DNA from: Desulfobacterales bacterium
Lineage (GTDB): Bacteria; Desulfobacterota; Desulfobacteria; Desulfobacterales; SpSt-501
Direction: 5' to 3'
Assembly (NCBI GenBank): GCA_030834695.1
Contig: JAUQXK010000031.1
Location: 24,079-88,078, forward strand
Length of the DNA: 64,000 bases
Each line of letters begins with the position of its first letter. The stretch's first letter is position 1. The notes beneath the pieces were generated by a model. It worked only from the letters and a program-made list of their open reading frames with translations. It was not told where the DNA came from and did not search any database. The position numbers and the translations under genes are program-made. Positions 1 through 11,288 of the stretch are shown piece after piece.

Positions 1-408
1 GGCCTGGAGTGGGCCGGCGAATTCGGCGAACCCGGGCGCCGCGCCGTGCGACCGCCGAGTCCGCCGGCCGGCCGACCGGCCGGCAACACCACCATCGGCG
101 TCGTGGCCACCGATGCCGCGCTCTCCAAGGTGCAGGCCCTCAAGGTGGCGCAGATGGCCCATGACGGACTGGCCAGGGCCATCCGGCCGGCCCACACCAT
201 GTTCGACGGCGACACTGTTTTCTGCCTGGCTACCGGCAGCTGCCCGCTTCCGGAAACTCCCGGCTTTTTCGAGGGCCGCCAGGCCCAGAGCCTCAACGAG
301 ATCGGACATGCGGCCGCCGACTGCACCGCGCGGGCCATCATCCATGCGGTGCTGTCGGCCACATCACTGGCCGGCATGGCCGCCGTGGCCGATCTCCCGT
401 CTCGATAG
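1..408 (+). CDS. P1/S58 (DmpA/BapA-like) Ntn aminopeptidase, C-terminal part (5' end outside window)
   Basis: Frame 1 is open from base 1 to TAG 406-408. The segment [52 protein letters not shown] matches the conserved core I recall for DmpA-type peptidases. Confidence 0.7.
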   Translation, partial: GLEWAGEFGEPGRRAVRPPSPPAGRPAGNTTIGVVATDAALSKVQALKVAQMAHDGLARAIRPAHTMFDGDTVFCLATGSCPLPETPGFFEGRQAQSLNEIGHAAADCTARAIIHAVLSATSLAGMAAVADLPSR

Positions 409-537
409 CACTGGGATAGAATTCTATGGACATGGTCTCCGAGGAAGAGTATAGAAATTGGCTCGACTTTTGAGCCGGTGGCTGGACAGCCTGCAGCCAT
501 GCTGAAACCGCTTTTCCGAACGAAAAAAGGAGGATTC

Positions 538-2034
538 ATGAAACGCGCGCTGGTGATTGGTCTGATGATCCTGATGCTCGCTCCCCTGGCGTGGGCGGCG
601 GGCGAAACACCGAAAAAAGGCGGCAGCCTCATCGTCTGCGTGGGCGACGAGCCACCCGGCCTGGATCCCACGGCCAGCGCCTCTGCTGCGATCGATCGCG
701 TGGTTTACTCCAACGTTTTCGAAGGGCTGGTGAAAGTCGACCGCAACGGCAAGCTGGTGCCCGGCCTGGCCTCCAAGTGGGATGTTTCGGCCGATGGCAA
801 GGTCTACACGTTCCACCTGCGCAAGGGAGTCGTGTTCCACAACGGCGAAGCCTTCAACGCCGCGGTCGCCAAATGGAACCTGGAGCGGGGCGCCGCCGAA
901 GGTACCAAAAACGCCCACCCGGAGTTCTTCCGGGCGATCGAAAAGATCGAAACCCCGGATGACGCCACGCTGAAGCTGACGTTGAAAAACGTCAACTCCC
1001 TGTTCCTCGTCCAAATGGCCGAGGGCGATTCGGTCATGCTGCCCATGAAGGGCTTCGAGAACACCGCGGCCCAGCCGATCGGGACCGGCCCCTTCAAGTT
1101 CACCGTCTGGAACCGCGGCGACAGTGTGGAAATGGTCCGCAATGACAAATACTGGAACCCTCAGTTGCCCTACCTGGACAAAGTGACCTACCGGTTCATC
1201 AAAGATCCCAGCGCCCAGGTTGCCGCTTTGAAATCCGGAGACGTCGATGTCCTGGGCTGGATCCTGGCGCCCGAAATCGCGATGGGCATTTCCCGCGACA
1301 AGAAGTTCAAGGTGCAGTCCGGCGCATCCACCTCCGAAGTGATCATGTCCACCAACAACAAGGTGAAGCCCTTCGACAACATCCTCGTCCGCCAGGCCAT
1401 GGCGCATGCCATCGACCGCAAGGCCGTCAACGATCTGATCATGCTCGGCTACGCCACGCCCATCGGGTCGCACTGGTCGCCCATCACACCGTTTTATGTG
1501 GACCTGACCAAGAAGTTCCCATACGACCCGAAGAAAGCCAAGGAACTGCTGGCCAAGGCCGGCTACCCCAAGGGGTTCGAGGCCACCATCAAGCTCCCGG
1601 CCATTTACGCCTACGCCCAGAAGGCCGGTGAGGTGATCGCCGACATGCTGGGCCAGGTCGGAATCAAGCTCAAGATCGAAGTCGTGGAATGGGGCTTCTG
1701 GCTGGATCGCATCTTCAAGCAGAAGGATTTCCAGTTGAGCATGATCGGCCACGCCGAAGCATGGGACATCGGCATATACGCCAACCCGAACTACTACTTC
1801 CAGTATGACTCCGCCGACTTCCGGCAGGCGTATGAAAACGCCTTGAAGGCCACCACCGAAGCGGACCAGGCCAAGTGGTTCGGCCGCTGCCAGGAGATCA
1901 TCGCCACGGACGCCGTCAACGGCTATCTCTTTGCAAGCCCTTCGTTGTCCGCCATGAAAGCGGAGGTGATGAACTGGTGGAAGAACTATCCCACGATCGC
2001 GCTGGACTGCACGGAGGTGTGGTGGAATAAATAG
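538..2034 (+). CDS. ABC transporter substrate-binding protein, family 5 (peptide/nickel type)
   Basis: ORF 478..2034. The preferred ATG at 538 follows AAAGGAGGA. It has the signal peptide MKRALVIGLMILMLAPLAWAAG, is ~498 aa, and is followed by two permeases and two ATPases. Confidence 0.88.
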   Translation: MKRALVIGLMILMLAPLAWAAGETPKKGGSLIVCVGDEPPGLDPTASASAAIDRVVYSNVFEGLVKVDRNGKLVPGLASKWDVSADGKVYTFHLRKGVVFHNGEAFNAAVAKWNLERGAAEGTKNAHPEFFRAIEKIETPDDATLKLTLKNVNSLFLVQMAEGDSVMLPMKGFENTAAQPIGTGPFKFTVWNRGDSVEMVRNDKYWNPQLPYLDKVTYRFIKDPSAQVAALKSGDVDVLGWILAPEIAMGISRDKKFKVQSGASTSEVIMSTNNKVKPFDNILVRQAMAHAIDRKAVNDLIMLGYATPIGSHWSPITPFYVDLTKKFPYDPKKAKELLAKAGYPKGFEATIKLPAIYAYAQKAGEVIADMLGQVGIKLKIEVVEWGFWLDRIFKQKDFQLSMIGHAEAWDIGIYANPNYYFQYDSADFRQAYENALKATTEADQAKWFGRCQEIIATDAVNGYLFASPSLSAMKAEVMNWWKNYPTIALDCTEVWWNK

Positions 2035-2210
2035 TACGGCTTGGTCCAAGGTGGAATCGGCTTTCCGACGCAGCGGCTTCTCTGCAGGTTGATCGCGGCT
2101 GGAAAGCCGCTCCCACAAAGCATGACTGAATAAGCATTCTCGTGTATCGGGAGCTTATATCGAAAAACAGGGCAGTCCTGAAGCGTCGGGACTGCCCGAA
2201 TTGCATCGGC

Positions 2211-3155
2211 ATGTTACGTTATCTATCCAAAAAACTGATCACGCTGGTTCTCCTGCTGTTCCTGGTATCCATCACGGTGTTCTCGGTTCTGTTCGTGCTG
2301 CCCGGCGACCCGGCCCAGATCATCCTGGGAATCAACGCCACCCCGGAGTCTCTGGCCGCCCTGCGCGCCGATCTCGGCCTGGATCGGTCGTTTTTTGGAC
2401 AGTACTTCGATTGGATCGGCAAACTGGTGGTCGGCCAGAGCCACCAGTCGATCCATTACAAGATGCCGGTGTTCGAGTTGATCTTAAGCCGCCTGGCCGT
2501 GACCGGACCGCTGGCACTCATGGCCATGGTGTTTGCGGTCATCATTTCAATCCCCTTCGGAATATATGCCGCCCGGCATCAGAACCAGAGAGGGGACGTG
2601 ACCGTCATGGCCTTCACCCAGCTGGGGCTGGCGACGCCGGAGTTCTGGCTGGGGATTTTGCTGGTGTTGTTTTTTTCGGTCGAGCTCAACTGGTTTGCCG
2701 CCGGGGGATTCCCGGGCTGGAACGCGAATGCCTGGGGCTCTCTCAAGGCCTTGCTGCTACCGGCCTTCGCTCTGGGTGTCATCCGGGCCTCCATCCTGAC
2801 CCGGCTCACACGTTCTTCCATGCTGGAAGTGCTGCGCGAAGACTACGTGCGCACCGCCCGGGCCAAGGGTTTGCGGGAGCGCACGGTCGTTTATGTCCAC
2901 GCCCTGCGTAACGCCCTGATCCCAGTGCTCACCATTATGGGGCTTCAGCTCGGCCAGCTCCTGGCCGGCGCCATCATCATCGAAAACGTTTTTTTTCTGC
3001 CGGGACTGGGAAGACTGGTCTTCACCTCCATCGGCATGCGCGACCTGCCCGTGGTCCGCGACATCGTGCTCCTCATGGCCACGGCGGTCGTCTTCGTCAA
3101 TTTCGTCGTCGACCTGGCTTACGCTTACGTGGATCCGAGGATAAAACTAAGATAG
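2211..3155 (+). CDS. ABC transporter permease (DppB/OppB-like)
   Basis: ORF 2142..3155. The internal start MLRYLSKKLITLVLLLF is typical of DppB-type N-termini. The protein is multi-TM and carries the EAA-like loop REDYVRTARAKGLRERTV. Confidence 0.88.
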   Translation: MLRYLSKKLITLVLLLFLVSITVFSVLFVLPGDPAQIILGINATPESLAALRADLGLDRSFFGQYFDWIGKLVVGQSHQSIHYKMPVFELILSRLAVTGPLALMAMVFAVIISIPFGIYAARHQNQRGDVTVMAFTQLGLATPEFWLGILLVLFFSVELNWFAAGGFPGWNANAWGSLKALLLPAFALGVIRASILTRLTRSSMLEVLREDYVRTARAKGLRERTVVYVHALRNALIPVLTIMGLQLGQLLAGAIIIENVFFLPGLGRLVFTSIGMRDLPVVRDIVLLMATAVVFVNFVVDLAYAYVDPRIKLR

Positions 3156-3236
3156 TGTTAAGTGTTATGTTTTAAGTTTTAAGTAAGGGCAGGCCCACCT
3201 CCCTTCCCTTAAAACTTAACACGTAAAACTTAAAAC
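3155..3236 (+). repeat. AT-rich extragenic palindromic hairpin, copy 1 (29-nt arms, 24-nt loop)
   Basis: Arm 3155-3183 is GTGTTAAGTGTTATGTTTTAAGTTTTAAG and arm 3208-3236 is CTTAAAACTTAACACGTAAAACTTAAAAC. They pair at 25 WC plus 1 GU of 29 positions. The element starts on the G of the upstream stop codon and ends 7 nt before the next ATG. Confidence 0.85.
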
Positions 3237-3243
3237 GGTTTTT

Positions 3244-4068
3244 ATGAAACGCTTCTTCCACAATAAAAATTTTACGGTGGGCTTTGTCCTGTCGCTGGTC
3301 GTCGTGATCGCCGCCGCCGTCAGCCTTCTGTGGACGCCCTACGACGCCAACCGGATGAACGCCCGCGACCGGCTGCAGGGCCCCTCCTGGCAGCATCCCC
3401 TGGGCACCGACCAATACGGCCGGGACACGCTCAGCCGGGTGATGACGGGTTCCGTGAACTCGATCATCGTCGGCCTGGTTACCGTCGCCATCGGCCTGAC
3501 CCTCGGGGTCGGCCTCGGTTTGATATCGGCTTACTTCGGCCGCCTGGCGGACGAGGCCATCATGCGGTTTGCCGACCTGCTCTTCGGCTTTCCCGCCGTG
3601 CTGACGGCGATTCTCATCACCTCCATCCTGGGCCCTTCGATGGTGAACGCCATGCTCGCCATTGGCATTTTCTACATCCCGGTCTTCGCACGGCTGACTC
3701 GCGCGGTGGCCATGGTGGTCTGGGAAAGGGAATTCATTGCGGCCGCGCGCGCCTGCGGCATCAGCGAACTGGGCATCACCTGGCGGCATGTGCTGCCGAA
3801 CATCCTTTCACCGCTGCTCATCCAGGGCACCATCCAGTTTGCCGTCGCGATCCTGGCCGAAGCCGGACTGAGCTACCTCGGCCTGGGCACTCAGCCGCCG
3901 CATGCCTCCTGGGGCCGCATGTTGAACGAAGCCCAGACCTTCATGGACACGAACCCCTGGATGGCCATCTTCCCCGGCCTGGCCATCGCCTGGTCGGTGC
4001 TCGGTTTCAATCTGCTGGGCGACGGGCTGCGGGACACGCTGGATCCGAAGATGGTAAGGGTAAGATAA
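3244..4068 (+). CDS. ABC transporter permease (DppC/OppC-like)
   Basis: 274-aa multi-TM ORF with the DppC-like N-terminus LWTPYDANRMN...LGTDQYGRDTLSRV. Confidence 0.88.
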   Translation: MKRFFHNKNFTVGFVLSLVVVIAAAVSLLWTPYDANRMNARDRLQGPSWQHPLGTDQYGRDTLSRVMTGSVNSIIVGLVTVAIGLTLGVGLGLISAYFGRLADEAIMRFADLLFGFPAVLTAILITSILGPSMVNAMLAIGIFYIPVFARLTRAVAMVVWEREFIAAARACGISELGITWRHVLPNILSPLLIQGTIQFAVAILAEAGLSYLGLGTQPPHASWGRMLNEAQTFMDTNPWMAIFPGLAIAWSVLGFNLLGDGLRDTLDPKMVRVR

Positions 4069-4073
4069 AAATC

Positions 4074-4151
4074 GTGTTAAGTATTACGTTTTAAGTATTA
4101 AGAAAAATGCCAAATTCAACTGCTTAAAACTTAACACGTAATACTTAAAAC
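4074..4151 (+). repeat. AT-rich extragenic palindromic hairpin, copy 2 (29-nt arms, 20-nt loop)
   Basis: Arm 4074-4102 is GTGTTAAGTATTACGTTTTAAGTATTAAG and arm 4123-4151 is CTTAAAACTTAACACGTAATACTTAAAAC, pairing at 26 of 29 positions. The arms are near-identical to copy 1 but the loops are unrelated. Confidence 0.85.
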
Positions 4152-4173
4152 TTGAAGCCGTCAAAGGAATGAA

Positions 4174-5453
4174 ATGATACCCCAGAATCTTATAGAAAAA
4201 GTATTGAACGCCGTCGACCCCGATGAAGTCATTAATCTGACGGCTTCGTTGGTCAAAATCAATTCCGTTTGGGACCCGGCCGCCGGCACCAGCGAGCAGG
4301 CGGCAGCCGAATTGGTCGCGCGGTGGGCACAGACCCAGGGCTTCCAGGTGGAGATGGACGAAGTGGCCCCCGGCCGTCCGAACGTCGTTGTGACGCATGC
4401 AGCCGGCCCCGGCCGGCGAACGCTGATGTTCGAGGGTCATACCGACGTGGTGACCCCGGGAGACGTCTCGAAATGGACCTATGACCCGTTCGGTGCTCAG
4501 ATCGTGGGCCGGCGCATGTACGGCCGGGGCACCAACGACACCAAGGGCAATCTGGCCGCCATGCTGGCGGCCATGGCCGCCCTCAAACGATCCGGCGTTC
4601 GGCTTTCCGGAACGGTCGTCGGCGGTGTGCTCTGCGACGAAGAGGACCAGATGCTCGGCGTGCAGGACTTCATCCGCCGCGGGCACGCCGACCGCGTTAC
4701 GGCGGCGGTGATCTGCGAGCCTCAGGACGGGATGATCTGCACGTCCCAGAAAGGCGCGCTGCGGGCGCGCTTTGCGGTCACCGGTAAAATGAGCCATGGC
4801 GCCATGCCGCTGGCCGGCCTGAACACGGCACCCGCCGTGGCGGACCTGATCCGCGAGTTGCATGCCCTGGAGTGCGCCGCCGTCAAGGGCCTCGGCCGGG
4901 ATCCCCACCTCGGCTGGCCGAGCTTCACGCCGACCGTGGTCCAGGCACCCGCGGGGGGCGCGGCCCAACTCAACGTGATGCCCGCCGAGGCGCGGGTGCT
5001 GGTCGACATCCGCACGATTCCGGCCCAGTCGCATGCCGACATCGCCGCGGCGCTGCGCCGCCTCGCCGCTGACGTGCAGACGCGGGCCCGGTCCCATTAC
5101 TGCGACTATGACCGCCTGCTGGGGCTCGAACGCTGCCGGGATCTCACGGTCGACCTGGACATCCTGACCGACCGCCCCTGCACCCGAACGAGCCCGGATG
5201 ATCCGGTGGTGCTGGCCGCCGACTGGGCCACCCGTACCGTCGGCGGCCGGGAGCCGGTATATGGCGGCGTGCCGGGGGCGACCGACGGGACGTTCCTGTG
5301 GGCCGTCAAGCACATCCCGATCGTCACGATGGGAGCCGGAGACCGTGAGGTTCCGCACCAGAAAGATGAATGGGTCGATCTCGATCAACTGGCCGAAACC
5401 GTAAAAATATATGCCTTGATCGCGTTGCATTACCTGGCAGCCGAGGCTGCGGC

Positions 5454-5457
<4 letters not shown>
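4174..5457 (+). CDS. M20 family metallopeptidase (ArgE/DapE/ACY1-like)
   Basis: 427-aa ORF with the motifs [12 protein letters not shown] and [18 protein letters not shown], which are typical of M20 zinc peptidases. Confidence 0.82.
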
Positions 5458-6453
<996 letters not shown>

Positions 6454-6461
<8 letters not shown>

Positions 6462-7440
6462 AGCGCCCTTGCTGCAGGTAACCGGTCTGGTCAAGCATTT
6501 TCCGCTGGGCGGCGGGGTACTGGCTCGGCCGCACGCCTGGGTGCAGGCGGTCAGCGGCGTATCCTTTGCGGTCGGCCGCGGGGAAAGCTTCGGACTGGTC
6601 GGCGAGTCCGGCTGCGGAAAAACCACGGTCGGCCGCATGATCCTCCGGCTGATCGAACCCACGGACGGCCGGATCGAGTTCGACGGCCAGGATATCCTGC
6701 AGCTGTCGCGCCGGCAGTTTGCCGGGTTGCGGCGCCGCATGCAGATCATATTTCAGGATCCCTACTCGAGCCTGGATCCCCGCATGACGGTGGAGCAGAT
6801 CGTCACCGAACCCCTGCGGGTCGACCGCCGTGCCGGGCGCAGGGAGCGCAGCACCATCGCGGTCGGCCTGCTCGACAAGGTCGGCCTGCGTGCCGCCGAT
6901 CTATGCAAATTTCCCCATGAGTTCTCCGGCGGCCAGCGCCAGCGCATCGGCATCGCCCGCGCCCTGTGCGCACGCCCGGAACTGATCGTGGCGGATGAAC
7001 CCGTCAGCGCCCTGGATGTCTCCATCCAAGCCCAGGTCATCAACCTGCTGCAGGACCTCCAGCAGGAATTCGGACTGTCCTATATCTTCATCTCCCACGA
7101 CTTGAGCGTGGTGGAACACATCTGCAGCCGGATTGCCGTGATGTACCTCGGCTCCATCGTCGAGCTGGCCTCGGCCGGGAGCTTTAGCCGCGAACCGCGT
7201 CATCCCTACACCGTGGCTTTGCTGGCGGCGGTACCCCTGCCCGACCCCCACCGCCAGAGCACGGCCGTGCCGCTGGAGGGAGACGTCCCCAACCCCATCG
7301 ATCCGCCTTCCGGCTGCCCGTTTCACCCGCGCTGCCGGTACGTTTTTAACCGCTGCCCCGTCGAGAAACCGCCATTGGTCCCAGCAGCGGATGGGCATCT
7401 GGTGGCGTGCTGGCTGAACGACGGGCGCGGGGTGGAATGA
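6454..7440 (+). CDS. ABC transporter ATP-binding protein (DppF/OppF-like)
   Basis: ORF 6331..7440. ATG 6454 ([16 protein letters not shown]) overlaps the upstream stop. It has Walker A GESGCGKT and the signature FSGGQRQR. Confidence 0.88.
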
Positions 7441-7566
7441 AAAAAAACGGGGAGAAGCAAAAGGCGTGGACCCGTCGGTGCGCCCGCCCGAACAACAAGT
7501 AAGGAATTGTTCTTTTTCAAAGCAACGGGGAAACGAACCCACGAGCCAACGCGCGAACGCTTTTTT

Positions 7567-10542
7567 TTAGATCTTGTACAGCTCCAGCGCCTCCGGAAGC
7601 TTCGCGTTGGCCTCGCGCAGCTTCTCTTCGGAGCCGATCACCGCCACGGAACACTGACTCAGGCCGACGCCGAAATACCGCTCAGCGACAGCCGTCACCT
7701 CGCGCCGACGCAGGCCGATCAGCCGCTGCTTGAAGCGCTCGCGGATTTCGTCGGACAGCCCGATGACCCTGCGAAAGAAGGCCTTGCGAGCGGCCGGGCC
7801 GGGTGGATCCGGCTTGTCGATTTCCGAGCAAACCTGGAGGATGGCCTCTTTGATATCGGTCTCGCTGAACCCTCCGGCGCGTAGAAAACCGAACGCTCCG
7901 TCGAACACGTTCAAGGTGGCGGCGATGTGGGGGTCGCGGTAGGACGCCAGGCTGAAGACGCCGTCCTCGGAGTTGTAGAGCGCGAACCCCCCATATGCGC
8001 CGCCTTTTTCGCGGATCTCGCGGTGAAGGTAGAGGGAACGCAGCAATTTGGCCATGACCGCCAGGGCGGCGGAGTCCGTATGCTCCAGGCGCACCGTTGG
8101 AAAGGCGGCCGCCACGAAGTTCACCGCCGATTCGGTGCTCCAGCCTTCCCGCAGCCGGTCTCCGGGAAACCCGTTCTCCGGGCCGGCTAGCGATTCGGCC
8201 GTCCCCGGTCCAATCGCGTTCAGGGTGCTCGCCACCAGGTCGCCGGCGCGAGCGACCGCGTCGCGCTCGCCGATGACCGCCATCTGAAAACGGGAACGGT
8301 CCCACACGGTTGCACCGACCCGCGCGAGATCCGATGCCAGCCCGGCCAGGCGCTCATCCGAAAGATCCTCAAGCAGCCGTTTGACGTCCTTCAGCTGATG
8401 AATGCCGCTCCAGTCCTCGCTCAAGGCGCGCGCCCGGGAAAACCGGCGCGCAGCCAGCGACATGGCCAGCCGATGACCGTTGTGGACGATCATCGCCTCC
8501 AGCCCGGCCCGATACTCCAGCAGCAGGGTCTTCAATCGGCCGGCATCCGAAAAGACGGATTCGCCCAGCAGCTCCGCCAGGATGTCGAACATCGGATCGA
8601 GGTTGCGAACGAGGCTCTTGGACGTCAGCGCCACCAGCGGCAGGCAGCGGCCGCTGTCGCCGAAGCCGGTTCGGGGATTCGCAGACAGCCCCACGCCGCC
8701 GGTGAAGGCATCGATGCGCCGCGCCATCTCACTGTAATTCCGGCGGGCGGTGCCCATGCGCGAGAAGGCATGGCAGAAAAACGGCACCCAACCGATCAAC
8801 GGCTCAGGAAGCCCGCTGCAATCGGCGGCCGCGGCGACGTAGGCGATCCCGGAGGTGGCCTGCTCGAAATAGCTGACCGGCCGGCGCGGATCCGCTTCGG
8901 CTTCCGTAATCTTCTCGACATCCGGCGGGATGTCCTCGCGCTCGAGGGTCGGCAGACAATCGAGGGGTTCGTCGGCCTCCTGCAGGCGCCGCAGGGCGTC
9001 GGCATCCCGCCGCAGTTGCTCGACCGCATCGGCGCCCAGCTCCCGACGGAGGTGCTCCAGTTTTTCCCGTTCGCGCCGGGCCTCGCGTTCGGCCATATCC
9101 GGGTCGGGTGAAAGGGTCAGGCGCAGACGATGGGGGTTATCCAGAAAGGCGTGGGTCAACTGCTGCTCGAAGAAACGGCCCTGCGCCATGCGGCGGCGAA
9201 TTTCCGCCAGGTCCGCGTCGAATTTCAAAACGCGCAGCGGATCCCCCCCGTGGATCCAGGTGCTGCTGACGGCCAGCAGCAGCCGGATGCCGTAAGGGTA
9301 AGGGGTGTTGGTGATCTCGCGGCGGTGAAATTCCAGTTGATGGATGGCGGATTCGATCAGCTCCGGGTCGATCCCGTTTGCAACCAACCCCCGGATCACA
9401 TCGAAAATGATGCGTTCGACATCGTCGGCAGCCGCCCGCGCCACATCCTTCAGGCCGACGGTGAAATGCGTATCTCGGTTTTCAGCGTCATAGCCGCTGC
9501 CGTCGCACAACGCCGAGCCCAGGCCGGAGTCGATCAAGGCCTTGCGCAGCGGGGAGCCGGCATTTCCGATCAGAATCTGCTCGAGCAGAGACAGGCAGAG
9601 CACGTGCTGCGTATCGCGGACATCGCTGGTCAGCCAGGCCACACACGCCTGATGCTTTTTCGCCGGGTCTTCCCCACGACCGAACGGATAAGCGAAGGCG
9701 GCGGTGCGCGGGCCATCCCACCGCGGCTGAGGCAGGACATCGGTGTCGGGGTCGATGGCCTCAAACCGCCGCAACACGGTCTTTTCGATAAATGCCAGGC
9801 TCTCGGCGAGCGGCAGGTCGCCATAAGTAAAAAAATAGGCATTGCTGGGATGATAATGCCGCCGGTGGAATGCTTTGAGCTGCGCGTAGGTCAAGGACGG
9901 GATGTCGGCGGGCTCGCCGCCGGAGTTGTGGGCGTAGGTGGTGTCCGGATAAAGCGCCTTGAGAAGAGAACGCGCCAGGATCTGATCAGGGGAAGACATC
10001 GCCCCTTTCATCTCATTGTAGACAACGCCCTTGCACTCCAGGCGCTCGTTCCCCGCATCGTCCGGTCCGATTTCCAGCCGGTGGCCTTCCTGCTTGAAGC
10101 TGAGTTCCTCTATCTTCGGGAAGAACGCGGCGTCCAGGTACACGTCCATCAGGTTGAAGAAATCTTTTCGATTCTGAGTGGCAAACGGGTACATGGTCCA
10201 GTCCGAAGCGGTAAAGGCATTCATAAACGTGCTCAGACTGCGTTTCAGCATCGAAAAAAAAGGATCCCGCACCGGAAACCGTTCCGATCCGCAGAGCACG
10301 ACGTGCTCGAGGATGTGGGCCACACCGGTAGAGTCCCGCGGAACGGTTTTAAAAACCACGCCGAAGGCGTTCTCCCGGTCGGGGCGGCCGATGTGGATAT
10401 GCCGCGTGCCGGTCAGCGGATGCACCAACTCGTAGAAAACGGCGTGGATCTCCGGCAGGGGTTCCACCCGGAGCGTCTTGTAACCGTGAATAGCTTCGCC
10501 AACCGTCGCGGCGGGCGCAGGGGCATGCGGATGCGGGTTCAT
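7567..10542 (-). CDS. M16C family metallopeptidase (presequence-protease/PreP-like), no signal peptide
   Basis: 991-aa ORF with the inverted zincin motif HILEHVVLCGS (HxxEH). The size and layout are typical of PreP-type M16C enzymes. Confidence 0.82.
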   Translation of the reverse strand: MNPHPHAPAPAATVGEAIHGYKTLRVEPLPEIHAVFYELVHPLTGTRHIHIGRPDRENAFGVVFKTVPRDSTGVAHILEHVVLCGSERFPVRDPFFSMLKRSLSTFMNAFTASDWTMYPFATQNRKDFFNLMDVYLDAAFFPKIEELSFKQEGHRLEIGPDDAGNERLECKGVVYNEMKGAMSSPDQILARSLLKALYPDTTYAHNSGGEPADIPSLTYAQLKAFHRRHYHPSNAYFFTYGDLPLAESLAFIEKTVLRRFEAIDPDTDVLPQPRWDGPRTAAFAYPFGRGEDPAKKHQACVAWLTSDVRDTQHVLCLSLLEQILIGNAGSPLRKALIDSGLGSALCDGSGYDAENRDTHFTVGLKDVARAAADDVERIIFDVIRGLVANGIDPELIESAIHQLEFHRREITNTPYPYGIRLLLAVSSTWIHGGDPLRVLKFDADLAEIRRRMAQGRFFEQQLTHAFLDNPHRLRLTLSPDPDMAEREARREREKLEHLRRELGADAVEQLRRDADALRRLQEADEPLDCLPTLEREDIPPDVEKITEAEADPRRPVSYFEQATSGIAYVAAAADCSGLPEPLIGWVPFFCHAFSRMGTARRNYSEMARRIDAFTGGVGLSANPRTGFGDSGRCLPLVALTSKSLVRNLDPMFDILAELLGESVFSDAGRLKTLLLEYRAGLEAMIVHNGHRLAMSLAARRFSRARALSEDWSGIHQLKDVKRLLEDLSDERLAGLASDLARVGATVWDRSRFQMAVIGERDAVARAGDLVASTLNAIGPGTAESLAGPENGFPGDRLREGWSTESAVNFVAAAFPTVRLEHTDSAALAVMAKLLRSLYLHREIREKGGAYGGFALYNSEDGVFSLASYRDPHIAATLNVFDGAFGFLRAGGFSETDIKEAILQVCSEIDKPDPPGPAARKAFFRRVIGLSDEIRERFKQRLIGLRRREVTAVAERYFGVGLSQCSVAVIGSEEKLREANAKLPEALELYKI

Positions 10543-10597
10543 GGCGACCCTCGGAAAATATTGGAAAAGGAAAGCACGGGCTGCGTCAAGAGGTGCT

Positions 10598-10626
10598 GCC
10601 GCGACGCTCCCACGGTGCGTCGCGGC
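10598..10626 (-). terminator. GC-rich perfect 10-bp hairpin downstream of the small wHTH-like gene (no U-tract)
   Basis: GCCGCGACGC (10598-10607) pairs with GCGTCGCGGC (10617-10626) around a 9-nt loop, 49 nt past the stop codon on the minus strand. There is no adjacent T-run, so terminator function is uncertain. Confidence 0.3.
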
Positions 10627-10674
10627 TCAGTCACATGAAGGCCGGTGGCGGAACGCCGGATGATGGCGGTGGCG

Positions 10675-11034
10675 CTAGATGGCAATGTAGACGCCGCGGC
10701 TGTGCCGTTTGATCTTGCCGAGCTTGTGCAGACGGAAGATGGTGTTGCGGATTTTTTTGTCGACGAAACCGGTTTTGGTCTGAATGTCAGCAAACTTGAG
10801 GCCCTGCTTGGAGCGCTTGATCACATCCAATACAGCGTCGGTCGCGGGAACCGCCGCCCGCGGCCGGGCAGCCCGGGGTCGCGAGTTCGCCGAGGCGGCC
10901 GTCAGAAGGCTTTCCAGCCGATCCAATCGCACCATCAGCTTTTCTACGTCGCGCTTGGTTGGGATCTCGTAGCTGTGCATGAAGAATTTCACCATGGCAT
11001 CAAAACTGATGGATTTGCCTTTTTTTCTAGGCAT
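10675..11034 (-). CDS. hypothetical protein with a coiled-coil N-terminus and a winged-helix-like C-terminus
   Basis: ORF 10675..11289. The best start, ATG 11034 (MPRKKGKS), lies 6 nt after AGGAGG. The C-terminus VLDVIKRSKQGLKFADIQTKTGFVDKKIRNTIFRLHKLGKIKRHSRGVYIAI looks wHTH-like. No family is assigned. Confidence 0.5.
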   Translation of the reverse strand: MPRKKGKSISFDAMVKFFMHSYEIPTKRDVEKLMVRLDRLESLLTAASANSRPRAARPRAAVPATDAVLDVIKRSKQGLKFADIQTKTGFVDKKIRNTIFRLHKLGKIKRHSRGVYIAI

Positions 11035-11288
11035 GGACATCCTCCTGTTGCTTCGTGTGAAGTAATTGACGACGAAAGTAATTCCGGGAAAGCTAATGGA
11101 TAAATAAAAGAAAGTCAAGCTGTACGACGGGCCGATTAGGAATTCGTTCGGTGGAATCGATTGATCCGCAACCTTTTTCCTGCTACGGTATCGGAAAAAA
11201 TCAGGCCGCTCGTGCATCCCCGGGTGGCATCCGAGAATTCTCCGAGCGGCCGGCGCCCCCGCGCCGACGCCGGCGTTTAAGGCACGCA

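Noticed and set aside
424-2118. A 564-aa ORF on the minus strand, antisense to the SBP gene. Similar long antisense or out-of-frame ORFs occur at 4084-5430(-), 9130-10638(+), 12944-13873(+), 20213-21358(+), 34839-35573(+), 51630-53078(+) and 56679-57869(-).
   Set aside because: They lie opposite or out of frame to genes with strong family motifs. They have Arg/Gly/Pro/His-rich junk-like composition with no recognisable domains. Such ORFs are expected in high-GC DNA, where stop codons are rare.
7490-7517. A GAACAA-N11-TTGTTC hairpin plus TTTTT after the last ABC ATPase gene.
   Set aside because: The stem is only 6 AT-rich base pairs, which is too weak to call a terminator with confidence.
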